A DNA stretch of 64,000 bases from Eledone cirrhosa (taxonomy: Eukaryota): the NCBI GenBank assembly GCA_964016885.1, contig OZ024742.1, positions 319,052,001-319,116,000 on the forward strand. The letters are read 5' to 3'. The number at the start of each line of letters is the position of its first letter. Positions within the stretch are counted from its first letter, which is position 1. Under the pieces are notes generated by a model. That model worked only from the letters and a program-made list of their open reading frames with translations, searched no databases and was not told where the DNA came from. The position numbers and the translations under genes were made by a program. This document shows positions 13,647-26,467 of the stretch, piece after piece.

Positions 13647-13731
13647 ATATCTATATTTATATATATATATATATCTCTATATTTATATATATATATATAT
13701 CTCTATATTTATATATATATATATATCTCTA

Positions 13732-13836
<105 letters not shown>

Positions 13837-14890
13837 ATATATATATATTTATATATATATATCTATATCTATATATCAATATCTATCTATCTATATATAT
13901 CTTATATATATATCTATCTATCTATATATATCTTATATATATATCTATCTATCTATATATATCTTATATATATATCTATCTATCTATATATATCTTATAT
14001 ATATATCTATCTATCTATATATATCTTATATATATATCTATCTATCTATATATATCTTATATATATATCTATCTATCTATATATATCTTATATATATGTC
14101 TATCTATCTATATATATCTTATATATATGTCTATCTATCTCTATATATCTTATATATATGTCTATCTATCTCTATATATCTTATATATATGTCTATCTAT
14201 CTCTATATATCTTATATATATGTCTATCTATCTCTATATATCTTATATATATATCTATCTATCTATCTATATCTTATATATATATCTATCTATCTATATC
14301 TTATATATCTATCTATCTATATCTTATATATCTATCTATCTATATCTTATATATATATCTATCTATCTATCTATATCTTATATATATATCTATCTATCTA
14401 TCTATATCTTATATATATATCTATCTATCTATATCTTATATATATATCTATCTATCTATCTATATCTTATATATATATCTATCTATATCTTATATATATA
14501 TCTATCTATCTATCTATATCTTATATATATATCTATCTATCTATCTATATCTTATATATATATCTATCTATCTATCTATATCTTATATATATATCTATCT
14601 ATCTATCTATATCTTATATATATATCTATCTATCTATCTATATCTTATATATATATCTATCTATCTATATCTTATATATATATCTATCTATCTATCTATA
14701 TCTTATATATATATCTATCTATATCTATCTATCTATATCTATATCTATCTATCTATCTATCTATATCTATCTATCTCTATATCTATCTATATATATATCT
14801 ATCTATATCTATCTATCTATCTATCTATCTATATCTATCTATCTATATATATATCTATCTATATATCTATCTATCTATCGATCTATCTAT

Positions 14891-15030
14891 AAAATTTTAT
14901 TTTTTGTTATATCTTATTTTATTTTTATATTTTGTTATTGCCTCCTCCTTATTGAGGACGCCTTTTTGTGTAAACTCCCCCCTTTGTACCTGTCCCACTT
15001 TTGATGCCCTAGTGGCAAATAAAAGAAATA
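14891..15030 (+). mobile_element. 3' UTR end of an L1/Tx1-clade element
   Basis: Near-identical to 15337-15475 and 16610-16757; ends gtggcAAATAAAAGAAA, then microsatellite. Confidence 0.75.
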
Positions 15031-15278
15031 TATCTATATATCTATATATATCTATCTATCTATCTATATATATCTATCTATATATATCTATCTATCTATA
15101 GATCTATCTATATATATCTATCTATATATATATCTATCTATCTATCTATATCTATCTATAGATCTATCTATATATATATCTATCTATCTATAGATCTATC
15201 TATCTATAGATCTATCTATAGATCTATCTATCTATAGATCTATCTATCTATAGATCTATCTATATATATATCTATCTA

Positions 15279-15475
15279 TTTTTCGGGGGTGTGTGCGACC
15301 CCCCAAGGCGCCTCCTCTCTATTGAGGATTTTGTTAAAAATTTTATTTTTTGTTATATCTTATTTTATTTTTATATTTTGTTATTGCCTCCTCCTTATTG
15401 AGGACGCCTTTTTGTGTAAACTCCCCCCTTTGTACTTGTCCCACTTTTGATGCCCTAGTGGCAAATAAAAGAAAT
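15279..15475 (+). mobile_element. 3' UTR end of an L1/Tx1-clade element
   Basis: Same terminus as above. Confidence 0.75.
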
Positions 15476-15698
15476 ATATCTATCTATCTATCGATCTATC
15501 TATATATATCTATCTATCTATCGATCTATCTATATATATCTATCTATCTATCTATCGATCTATCTATCGATCTATCTATCTATCTATCTATCGATCTATC
15601 TATCGATCTATCTATATATATCTATCTATCTATCGATCTATCTATATATATCTATCTATCTATAGATCTATATATATATCTATCTATATATCTATCTA

Positions 15699-15731
<33 letters not shown>

Positions 15732-15900
15732 ATATATCTATCTATATCTATATATATATATATCTATCTATATATCTATCTATATCTATATATATATCTA
15801 TCTATATCTATATATATATCTATCTATATCTATATCTATATCTATATATATCTATATCTATATCTATCTATATCTATATATATATCTATCTATATCTCTA

Positions 15901-16757
15901 TAGAGGGCTGGTGGTTAGCAGGTGCGACGACGCCCTCGGAGAAGCCCTAGGCATGGAGGAAGACGAACTGGCCAACCTGTTCGGTAGGACATTCAGCCCG
16001 GGACCCATGGATAACTTCCAGAGGTCCCTGGCCTGGCAATGCTACAGAAGGGCTCTGCCCGTTCGAGAATGGCTCTACAGACACGGGCGCCCGGGTAGGG
16101 ACCCCTCGAAAAAGATGTCCCAGATGCGTGTGCGACGAGGAAACCGTTGCACACGCATTGGTACACTGCTCGGGCATTGCCGATCTGTGGGGCTATGTCG
16201 AACAACTGCTATCAAGGGTGAGACCGATCCGGTTGACCACCGAGTCTATTGTAACGATCAAGCCGCCTCCCCTCTTCAAAAACGAAGAAGAGGCGGTGTC
16301 TCTGTGCGTAATAGCCATGGCGAAAGAGGTTGTATGGTGGACGCGTCTGAAAGGACTGAGGTCAGACACCTTACTCTCTGGCCAACAACTGGTCCGTTTC
16401 TTCCGATATCATTTCGGAAGAAGGATCAGGATGGAGAGAGAGGTGCTGCACCCCAGCCGTTTTTATGAAAGATGGGTGAAAGTGGCGAGAATGGCCCGTG
16501 TGAATGGGCCTTCACTCTACATCAGACTATAGGTGAGGAAGATGAAAGACCAAGGGAGCACCCCTTCTCTGTGCTCCCGAGGAAAAGGGTTGCACACTTT
16601 TTTTGAGGACTTTGTTATAAATTTTATTTTTGTTATATTTTATTTTATTTTTATATATTGTTATTGCCTCCTTATTGAGGACGCCTTGTTTTGTAAACTC
16701 CCCCCCCCCCATTGTACTTGTCCCACTTTTGATGCCCTGGTGGCAAATAAAAGAAAC
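15901..16757 (+). mobile_element. 5'-truncated L1/Tx1-clade non-LTR retrotransposon (zf-RVT region plus 3' UTR)
   Basis: [19 protein letters not shown]...[20 protein letters not shown]-type motif with a frameshift near 16128, stop at 16532, AATAAAAGAAA terminus. Confidence 0.85.
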
Positions 16758-16871
16758 ATATCTATCTATATCTATATATATATATATCTATCTATATCTA
16801 TATATTTATTTATATATATATATTTATCTATATCTATCTATATATATATATATTTATCTATATCTATCTAT

Positions 16872-16917
16872 TTGTACTTGTCCCACTTTTGATGCCCTGT
16901 TGGCAAATAAAAGAAAC
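16872..16917 (+). mobile_element. Very short 3' end of the same Tx1-like family
   Basis: ttgtacttgtcccacttttgatgccctgttggcaaataaaagaaa. Confidence 0.7.
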
Positions 16918-17079
16918 ATATCTATATCTATATATATATCTCTCTATATCTATATATCTCTCTATATCTATATCTCTCTCTATATCTATATCTCTCTATA
17001 TCTATATCTCTCTCTATATATCTATATCTCTCTATATCTATATCTCTATCTATCTATCTATATATATCTATCTATATCT

Positions 17080-17925
17080 CCGCTTCGACATTCTATAGAG
17101 GGATTGTACGTTACAAGGGCGACGACGTGCTCGGAGAGACTCTGGGCGTCGAAGACGATGAGCTCACCAGTATGTTTGGTAGGACTTTCCGCCCGGGACC
17201 TATGGACAACTTCCAGAGGTCCCTGGCCTGGCAGTGCTACCGAGGAGCTCTACCGGTTCGTGACAAGATCTACAGGCACGGACGCCCTGGCAGGGATCCT
17301 TCCAAGAGGACGTGTCCAAGATGTGCGCAGGACATTGAAACAGTTCTGCACGCAATTGTACACTGCCCGGGCGTAAGCGACCTGTGGAACTATGCAGAAC
17401 AACTGCTGTCGCGTATGGGACAAATACAGTTGACTGCCGAGTCCATAGTAAAGATCAAACCGCCAGACTCTTTCAAAAACGAAAGAGAGGCAGTTTTCCT
17501 CTGTACGGTGGCTATGGTGAAAGAAGTTATATGGTGGACGAGGTTGAGAGGACTGAGGACAGATGCCTTTCTCTCCGGACAACAATTGATTCCCTTCTTT
17601 AAGTATCACTTTAGAAGGAGAATCAGGGTGGAGAGAGAGGCACTGCACCCCAGTAAATTTACTGAAAGGTGGGTGAATGAAGCAAAAATGGCCCGGGTGA
17701 TTGGGCCTTCTCTGTTTATAAGCCTGTAGGTTGAGGAAGAGAGCAAAAGGAAGAAAGGAGCACTTGCACAACACGCTCCTTGAGTTGAGGGTTGTTCTAA
17801 CAACCCATTTGTGGCGCCTCCCCCCTATTGGGGATTTCGATTGTTGAAATTGTTTGTATGTAAAATCCCCGGCATGTCTTTGTATTGTCCCCTTTCTTGT
17901 TGCGCCCTTGTGGCTAATAAAGAAA
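17080..17925 (+). mobile_element. 5'-truncated L1/Tx1-clade element, second subfamily
   Basis: 200-aa open frame with CPRCAQDIETVLHAIVHC; ends gtggctAATAAAGAAA followed by (TCTA)n. Confidence 0.85.
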
Positions 17926-18486
17926 TCTATCTATCTATCTATCTATCTATATCTATATACATACATACATATATCTATATATATCTATCTATATATATAT
18001 ATACATACATATCTATATCTATCTCTCTCTATATATATATATATATACATACATATCTATATCTATCTATTTATCTATATACATATCTATATATCTCTAT
18101 CTATATATCTATCTATATATCTACATCTATATATCTCTATATATATATATATCTATATATATATATCTATATATATATCTATATATATATCTATATCTAT
18201 ATATATATATATCTATATATATATATCTCTCTCTATATATATATATATCTATATATATATATCTCTCTCTATATATATATATCTCTATATATATATATCT
18301 CATATATATATATCTCTCTCTATATATATATCTCTCTCTATATATATATCTCTCTATATATATATATCTCTCTATATATATATATCTCTCTATATATATA
18401 TATCTCTCTCTCTATATATATATATATCTCTATATATATATATATCTCTCTCTCTATATATATATCTCTCTCTCTCTATATATATA

Positions 18487-18517
<31 letters not shown>

Positions 18518-18542
18518 CTCTCTCTCTCTATATATATATATA

Positions 18543-18730
18543 TAGTTATGTAATAAACAACATAAGATAATTATTTCATTTACCAATGGTTTCTTGAAGA
18601 CAGAGACAAGATCTGTCTTCTAGAAACCATTGGTAAATGAAATAATTATCTTATGTTGTTTATTACATAACTAAACAGCTCTAGCCTACATAGAGCACTC
18701 TCTTTTCCTTTACCTTTCCTACGGAAATAC

Positions 18731-18735
<5 letters not shown>
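18543..18735. mobile_element. Fold-back mini-element related to 13050-13354, in opposite orientation
   Basis: Arms agttatgtaataaacaacataagataatt... inverted at 18612-18672. Flank 18672-18735 is similar to the reverse complement of 13050-13112. Confidence 0.65.
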
Positions 18736-18769
<34 letters not shown>

Positions 18770-19831
18770 TCCACCAAAAATGTATACACACTTCAACGGC
18801 ATTTTTGAACTCATGTCTCACAATTTTATAACTTACTTTTTATGGGGATAGGGAACGAAAGATTTGTGTTTGTGTGAGAGTTTTTTAAAGGAATATAGGA
18901 AAACCAATTACAAAAGTAATCTTAAGTTATTTTTAGGAGTGGGAGACTTTATTGTTAATTTATTAAGAAACATTTCTTCATCCTTTGAATATGTACTAAG
19001 TCCCCATTTGGTGGATGAAAGGATTTTTCCCACGCAAATTGAACAAACGTTTGTTTCGATTTTGCGTGAAAAAAAAATCCTTTCATCCACCAAATGTTAA
19101 ATTACAATAGAAACCAGTTTGATATGGATGTCATTTCAAATCAAAGTTTTATCTATTTTTAAAAAGGACATAGTAAATATATATTTAACTATATTCTAAA
19201 AAGAAAAAATATATATTTTAAAGCAAAATACTCTATACACAGTGGCTCACCAGTTGAAATTCGTGGTTCCCTACATTTGATTAAAAATAGAAAACTAGTG
19301 AAATATATAAACTTCCAAGTTAATATGAATATTTTTGTTATTAATGTAAACAAAGTAGACGTCAGCAAGCTTGTTCGCCAAGGGAGAAAAGAGGGATTTT
19401 AATTTAGAATAAAATTATTATTCTAGAGTACGTAAAAGTGGGAAGCTAAGTAACTGGTATTTTTGAGAACTTGCGTCATTAAAATCAAATACCATCGTTT
19501 GGTAGTTATTCTTAATTTGTTTTCCCTAAATTGTCATATGGAATCTTCGAATGAAAATAACTATTCGAAAGCAGCAGAAATAAATATATTCTTGCTAACT
19601 CTCCGTTTCTAATATTAATTTTGTGAAACAAATATCTATATATTTTTTTTTCTAAGGTTTACGATAACTTTTAATAAGTTGAACTTCGATGTATTCGTGC
19701 GCGCACACTCACGAGACTGCTTCGTGATAAATAAATTACGCACGAACGCACACACACAATATAGAGAATCTATAACTGCAAAGAGAAAATAAAAATCTAT
19801 TGTAGCTGATTATTAATATTATGCATGTATG

Positions 19832-20410
19832 AGGTAAATTTTTACAGAAACACTCGTCTAGGGTGTGAGTAAAAATGGTTGGTTTCAACGAATCTGACCT
19901 CCAAACCCGCCGGAAAATAGTTTTTCAAATATCGGAAGAATTTATTAAAAAAAATTATTTGAATTTCCTTATTTTAGACAAAGCCATACTGGTACTTATA
20001 TAATTAAAAATAAAAGTGATTTGATTTCAAATTGAAAAAACGAGTCAATTACCCATGTTAGGGTTAAGGTTAGGATTAAGAAAAACCGAATACTACACTG
20101 CCTCTATGAAACTAAGAAACAAAAAGAATAATTTCAATTCTATGTTGCTGTTGTCTGTACAGCTATCTTTATATAGAAAATTTCAGATAGTTTTGAAGGT
20201 CAGATTCGTTCAAAACACACTTTAAAAAATGTAAGATTGTAATGAAATTTTCGAGGGTGGGAAACTCCGAGGTTCGCCCTCTCCACCCACACTCCGATAT
20301 CTGAAAAACAAATAATTCCCAACGGATTTGGAGGTCAGAATCGTTGGAAACACAAAAAAGAAATTTTTTTTCTACTCGAACCAGAGATGTGTTTTTTTTT
20401 TAATTTACCG
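19832..20410. mobile_element. MITE with long imperfect terminal inverted repeats
   Basis: ggtaaatt...gtttcaacgaatctgacctccaaa...aatatcgga versus tccgatatc...tttggaggtcagaatcgttggaaac...aatttacc; internal gttagggttaaggttagg. Confidence 0.6.
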
Positions 20411-21218
20411 TTTTTGCTGTATTGAAATAGTTTTGTAATAAATTCTATTCGCTAAACAACGATGTAACTAAGCCCACCATAAGAAATATTTAAAAAGAAC
20501 AATCAAGAGCAGTTTCACAAATTATATGTAAGAATATGAAAATTATTTGCAAAAATAAATTAGTAAGTAAAATTGTTTGGATTACTAAGAAATTAAGTTA
20601 TTTTCCTTCCTAAATGTGGGTGGTGGAAAATAAATAGAAATATGTTCCTAACCGGAAGTAAGGAACGGTATTAAAAGTGCGGGAAATTATCTGCTCCTGG
20701 TTAATACAGGGCTGACATGGCCACATTAACTGAGGAATCTTGCATTCCATCACTTGTAGAAAGCAAGGCAGTGTTAAAGGAGAAACTGAACTTTATATAA
20801 TCATAGCTCGATATTGAAAAACAAACCAAAATATTTGTTTCTTTCGCTCATAGATAGTTCTTTCTTTTATACTATCATTTACAGAGTCCTAAGTTAAACC
20901 GAATCCCGTTAATTTTCATGTAAGCGCACCCACATATATATATATATAGATAGATAGATAGATAGATAGAGAAATAAGCACATGTACGCTAAAAAGATTA
21001 TTTGCAGTAAGATTGTCTGGATTTTTTTTCAAGGCTATATTTAAAACATTGCTGATGAAATTAGAATAAGAAGAAAATAAAAGTGAACAGTGTTAACATT
21101 TCTTGAATCTTTTCTTTAAAAAAAACTGAAACTGAAAAACATTTTATGTAAACAAGAAAAAAAAGAATATGACTCAATCATGATGCCAGTCAGCCAGCAA
21201 TTGATTAGCCAAACAGAA

Positions 21219-23828
21219 CTAATCAACATACTCTACATAATTCTCAGGTATAAGTCCTGTGACACCATCCAAAGTCCCTTCCAACCAACAGGCTTCCTGC
21301 GATGGTTTCACTTTGTAGATGAATTGGTTGGCATGAAAAGACAACTCAGAATCATTTTCTGCCTGGCAGTTATAAAGAGTTCGAACAGTACGTAAACGAT
21401 GTTCAGTCATTGACTTGGACATGGCAGAAGATGAATCTGGAAGGAGCCCAACGTTGCTAGTCGTGCTACTGTGCATTGACGAACGTAAAGCCCCTCCCCC
21501 AACACTTAAGCCGCTGCTGCCTCCACCGGCATACGACTCAGTGGCGTTGCGTCTTTTAATACTGCCAAACGTCCCAATATCACCAAGAGTTTGAATCTTG
21601 GATCCAGAGAATGCAGATGCTGGGGCACTTGTATACATCGCAGGCATAATAGGGCCTCTTCGGTTAGAATCCAATTGAGGCGAAGGGTTTGTCGAAGGGG
21701 ATTTGTAAGAATTTAAGGATTCCGAACTGCCGCTGGTACTACTACCATGACTAGGGTCGTGGCCAACTAGATGAACTCCACCACTAACAGCACCTACTTG
21801 ACTTAAATGACCATGTCCGATACCTTGGTGTCTGGCTTTTGACAAATTGTGCGATCTCATTACAACTGGAGCATATTTTGGAGATCCATGGTCAGGGAAA
21901 GGTACGCTTTTAGGTAAACCAGGGCTTGAATTAACACTAGATACATTGCTATAGTGTGTAGCAGAAACTGGAGATGGGGGTATTCCTTGGTTGGATGCAC
22001 CTGAAGGCAAAGCTTGATTTTCTGAGCTTTTCTTTGTGCTAGTTGTAGTCTCAGCAGGTGACTGTTTACACTCCTCCAAATCATCAAGAAGTCCAATATC
22101 TACAGGTGTTTGTTTAAAGATATCTTCATAGTTTCCTATTAAAATTTCAATAACGATGTTGCAAAATTTAATATCCATTATAGCGGCCACAGTCTCTTCT
22201 TCTGGTCGCATTAGAGTTGGTCCAAAACACACGCCGAGGTTGGCAACAGTCATAAGGTTGATATCACTCTTATCAGAAACTCTTTTCAAGTGGCCACATA
22301 GCAAATCTAGCATTTTGAAGTTCTTTGGGGGTAACTTGTGTACAAGACTATGTATATCATGAAATCTTAAAAGTTTAGACTCACGTTTAGCAGCAGTAAT
22401 AAAATTCTCATGCAAACGGAAGGTCATCAAAGGTTCCGGTAAAGATCGAAGGTAATGTTTGATGGAGCTGGTGATTGTTTTCACTTCCCAGGTTCCATGG
22501 TCATCTAAGCAAAGCTTATCAACTTTTCGACGATCAAGTCCCATGTTAACGAGTCGGTTGACTTTTGAGTTGACACCAACCAATCTATAAAGACCTTGGT
22601 CGGTCAGGCCTCTTCTCTCGATAGAAGCGATGCATTTATTGATAAATTGAAACCCAATGTTATCCAAAATATAGGTCTCTTCGGATGTTTTGCTGGGTGT
22701 TTGATAAGTGGGTTCTTTCCCATCCATAGCATCAAGCCACAAATGTCGATCATCTTCGGACAATGCTTGGAATGTGAAGACCACGGTTGGCTTGTCAGAA
22801 ATAGTAATATCAAAACAAAATCGCTTATCAATGGAATCAGATGCCCTCCTCACACAGGTGAGAAGAGTCCCTGTTTCAGGTTGACTGAGTTTGCCAACCA
22901 TCTGATTATAGGGAATCATTGAGAAAATTTTATCTACCTTCAGATAGCGACAGTAGCATTTCGTCCAGTTTGTACCAAGGGCTTTTTTCTCCATGAGAAA
23001 CAGATAGCCCTGCCGAGTACAGTCTTTAGGGGCAAGAGTGAACTCTCCACGAGAACCTCTCGTTTCCAACATTTTATTCATCAAAATTTCAGCTTCTTCT
23101 CTGGTACTATTAAAGTTCTCTCGCGTGTTCTGCAATCGTAGTTGCAGGTCACTCATGTTAGTTTTAAATTCTTTAGCCACCTCATGACCCTGGTGGTAAA
23201 CAGTTAGCCAATTAGATATAAACGTCAATATTATTTCTACAAAATCAAATTTTTTTTTCTCTTGCACTTCCTGTAACAAAAGAACATATTTCATGGATGC
23301 TTGGTAAAAATGCTTACCTTCTAAAACAAGAGCTGCATCAGCCTCTTGGAATGTAGTGTCGTTAGTTTTAGATTTCAAGTTGAGATAGCGCTCTTGTGAG
23401 GCACAAAATTTAGATGTTTGCTTTTCAAACTGTTTCTTTTCTTCTTTAGCTTTTCCAATGTTTTCCTTGCGGAATCTTTCCAGGGGTGCTAAAAACATAT
23501 CTTTAGCTTTATCTAGCATCCTTTCAAATACCTCTTCAATAGCTAAGAAGCAATCCCCAAACTCCTTGAGTGAAGCTGCAATGACAACTTCATCATCCGT
23601 TTGTTGGTTTCCGATAGTTTCAAATCGAAATTCCTGTAGATTTTGTGAAAAAGCTTTCTGGGCTTTTGACAAATTTCTCGCAGCATTAATGAGTTCCTTT
23701 CCACAAGCTATCAAGCTTTTGATGGATTTGCTCGTTCTTTCTAATTCTTTTTCATGCTCGTGTAAATTTTCACGAAAATACGGACTATCCGTCAAGCATT
23801 CCGCGAATTCCAGTGGTCGTAGACCCAT
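21219..23828 (-). CDS. ARHGAP26: Rho GTPase-activating protein of the GRAF/oligophrenin family (BAR-PH-RhoGAP-SH3), single-exon ORF
   Basis: Uninterrupted 869-aa ORF. N-terminus MGLRPLEFAECLTDSPYFRENLHEHEKELERT is typical of the GRAF BAR domain. PH region RQGYLFLMEKKALGTNW...DKRFCFDI; RhoGAP with arginine finger GLYRLVG and NLMTVANLGVCFGPTLMRP; C-terminal SH3 RTLYNCQAENDSELSF...GLIPENYVEY. The symbol denotes the GRAF (ARHGAP26/10/42) family. Confidence 0.95.
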   Translation of the reverse strand: MGLRPLEFAECLTDSPYFRENLHEHEKELERTSKSIKSLIACGKELINAARNLSKAQKAFSQNLQEFRFETIGNQQTDDEVVIAASLKEFGDCFLAIEEVFERMLDKAKDMFLAPLERFRKENIGKAKEEKKQFEKQTSKFCASQERYLNLKSKTNDTTFQEADAALVLEGKHFYQASMKYVLLLQEVQEKKKFDFVEIILTFISNWLTVYHQGHEVAKEFKTNMSDLQLRLQNTRENFNSTREEAEILMNKMLETRGSRGEFTLAPKDCTRQGYLFLMEKKALGTNWTKCYCRYLKVDKIFSMIPYNQMVGKLSQPETGTLLTCVRRASDSIDKRFCFDITISDKPTVVFTFQALSEDDRHLWLDAMDGKEPTYQTPSKTSEETYILDNIGFQFINKCIASIERRGLTDQGLYRLVGVNSKVNRLVNMGLDRRKVDKLCLDDHGTWEVKTITSSIKHYLRSLPEPLMTFRLHENFITAAKRESKLLRFHDIHSLVHKLPPKNFKMLDLLCGHLKRVSDKSDINLMTVANLGVCFGPTLMRPEEETVAAIMDIKFCNIVIEILIGNYEDIFKQTPVDIGLLDDLEECKQSPAETTTSTKKSSENQALPSGASNQGIPPSPVSATHYSNVSSVNSSPGLPKSVPFPDHGSPKYAPVVMRSHNLSKARHQGIGHGHLSQVGAVSGGVHLVGHDPSHGSSTSGSSESLNSYKSPSTNPSPQLDSNRRGPIMPAMYTSAPASAFSGSKIQTLGDIGTFGSIKRRNATESYAGGGSSGLSVGGGALRSSMHSSTTSNVGLLPDSSSAMSKSMTEHRLRTVRTLYNCQAENDSELSFHANQFIYKVKPSQEACWLEGTLDGVTGLIPENYVEYVD

Positions 23829-24179
23829 GATTAATTTTTCAAACGGCTACAAAAACTGCAATCTTTACACACCCACTACAAGCACGGTAATCATGGCGGT
23901 ATATATATATTAATGCTACTTAGCAATTGTCGACTCCCTGCACACTCCTAGCGTGATTCTCTGCAAACAAAACGATTGTCTCCCCTTAGATTACGTCCGA
24001 GAACACCTGACTTGTACTTGTCTTTCTTTCGTTGGCACTGTAGTTTTTCTATTACATACACTCTTACTAAAATTAATATTCATTCCTTATGCATGTACAG
24101 ATAAATCTATTGCTTTAATTATATGCTTCACTTTGATTTTTTGTTTTGTTTTTAGCGATATACATTTGTGAATATCTCA

Positions 24180-24382
24180 TGGGAAGCAACAATGCCGTAT
24201 GTACAGCGGCAACCCTGACACTATATTTATAACTGATAATAGTTCCTACCACACAACAGTACCGCTATATCTACCCAGACCGCACTACAAATAATAGATA
24301 AAAGCCTGTTAATTAGAGATTCTGCTGAGTGTTGATAGCGGTGACAGCATTGTAACTCGAATGTTGAACAGCTGGAGTAAGT
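24180..24382 (+). promoter_or_regulatory. Candidate bidirectional promoter and first exon ending at a GTAAGT donor (exon end 24376)
   Basis: Repeat-free and relatively CpG-containing stretch 350-550 bp upstream of the GRAF ATG. Consensus donor GGA|GTAAGT at 24377 on the plus strand, in the same orientation as the cystinosin-like exons. Confidence 0.45.
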
Positions 24383-25089
24383 TTAGATAAACTTCAGTAT
24401 CAACCAAGAAAGCGATGGTTCATTACTACTTATTTACATAATGTTTATGATCAGTTATATAATTTATTAACATTTAAATTCTGATGACTTATTCATTGAT
24501 TGATTGATTGGTACTCAGAGCTTCGATAAAAATGTAGTGTTGGAGCATGCATCTGTTATTATATATATTTTTATTGATCTGCAGAGGTTGCCGGGCAAGT
24601 TAATATATGTACAGATCTTCGGATTCGTCGATGACATATGTGATTGAGGCGATGGAATGTATAACCTTGAAAACACACTGCATTTCATTAGTTATTACTA
24701 CATATATTCTTTTTCTTTCTTTTTTTTTTTTTGAGAATAAGAAATCGGAAATTTAGACATTTCTTAAAGTTATTGGCGATGGAGTGTTCGATATATAAGG
24801 ATAACTAATACGCTGGGTGTCTGTATATGATGTCACGCTACATAATCCCATTCTTGACAAAAGCTCAATTTTCATATGATGAATGACAAAATATATCCTG
24901 TCAGCAGGACCGGCGCTTCGATTAAGGCCAACTAGGCAGTCACCTAGGGCGCATAGTTCAGGATTGTGTTACTGAACCATAAAGGATCACAACTTTATAC
25001 AGATTTGTATAATTAAAAAAAATTCCAGCAATCAATAAATAAATCGTTAAAAATCTTTGCCGCATAGCAGCGTTGTGGAAATATTCAAA

Positions 25090-25965
25090 GCAATGAAAAG
25101 GGTCGTACAGTACTATGATCCGTCACATGATGTGGCATGGTTGAGTGTGAATTGTATAGTGGAAAATGCAGAGTTGGAAGTGGTATCAAGACTGGCGCGT
25201 GTAGTATCAGTTGGCTGATCTACAGGGGATCTACGACATGCACTCAATAGGTTTGATGTTGAATGCTGCATGACAGGAATGAAAATCAGTGTTGTGGACA
25301 CTGTGATACTTGTCCTCTCAAGGAAGCCTGTGCAGTGCACGTTACATATGAGTGGAATTCCATTGAAACAGGGGGAGAAGTTCAAGTATCTTGGACCGTT
25401 TTCATGGGTGATGGAAGGCAGGAGGCTAAATTAAATACAAGAGTTGCAAGAGCTAAAGCAGTAATGTGCCAACTTCAGCATTTGATCATCAAAAGTAAGA
25501 AGTTAGGTGTAAAAGCCAAACTCGCTATCTTCAATTTGGTGTTCATGCTTACCTTTACCTTTGGTAATGAATCTTGGGTAATGACTGAAAGAATATGATT
25601 GCAAATGCATGTGGCCAAAATGAGGTTCTTGCAACGGATCTTTTGAGTAATGTTATTCAATAGAGTGTATAGCTCAGCAATTAGAGAGTTACTCCAGATA
25701 AAGCCGCTACTTCTCAGAATTGAGAGATCACAGTTCCGATATTACAGATATGTGGTTAGAATATCTAAGGAAAAAATTGCTGGACAGACTTTATGGGCAA
25801 AATCAGAGCCCAAGAAAGATGATCGGATAGCATCCATGAGCTTGGTTGGTTTCCCTTGGCGATCCCACCAGGTCAATTGGAGATGGTTGCTTCTGATAGG
25901 ACCCTCTTAAAGACATGTCTGGAAACTGCCCCAACAACCCTCTCAGGAATAAACACGCAAAGAAG
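25090..25965 (+). mobile_element. Degenerate RTE-clade LINE 3' fragment (different family)
   Basis: VEKFKYLG-like motif, KAKLAIFNLVFMLTFTFGNESWVMTER and LLLRIERSQFRY; contains stops. Confidence 0.75.
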
Positions 25966-25968
25966 CTG

Positions 25969-26014
<46 letters not shown>

Positions 26015-26039
26015 AATGTAATCTGAGTTTTTTGAATAT

Positions 26040-26270
26040 TAATAATGGTTTCTTATATAGGCACAAGGCCAGCAATTTTGGAGGCGGGGAAAGTCGATTA
26101 AATCGACCTCAGTGCCTGCCTGCCTGGTACTCTATTTTATCAACTCCTTAAGGATGAAAGGCAAAGCTAACCTTGGCAGGATTTGAACTCAGATCATAAA
26201 GGGCCGTAACTCTATGCTGCAAAGCATGGCGCCCGACCCTTTACCGATACTGCCAATCCACTGCCCTTTT
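26040..26270 (-). mobile_element. SINE
   Basis: Same family as 925-1325. Confidence 0.8.
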
Positions 26271-26385
26271 TAGAATATTAATAATAATATTCGATTTGTT
26301 TGCAATTATGCAAACAGCCTCTTTTAAAAGCCATGTCAGTAGAATGAGCCCCTCATTCTCGCTCTTGTGTTGGCATGCAAACAGA

Positions 26386-26428
26386 ACTGCAGACACTAAT
26401 GTTTCTGGGCAATTACCCTTCATCAGTG

Positions 26429-26432
<4 letters not shown>
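26386..26432 (-). ncRNA. Type I hammerhead ribozyme motif
   Basis: Minus strand: actaca-CTGATGA-agggtaattgccca-GAAA-cattagtg-TC-tgcagt. Stems I, II and III all pair; GUC cleavage triplet; abuts (TA)n. Confidence 0.75.

Positions 26433-26467
<35 letters not shown>

Noticed and set aside
13880-14700. Regular 27-bp repeats as a CRISPR-like array
   Set aside because: No unique spacers, eukaryotic context, derived from the microsatellite.
20056-20080. Telomere-like TTAGGG words
   Set aside because: Only two or three degenerate units inside a MITE; not an interstitial telomere.
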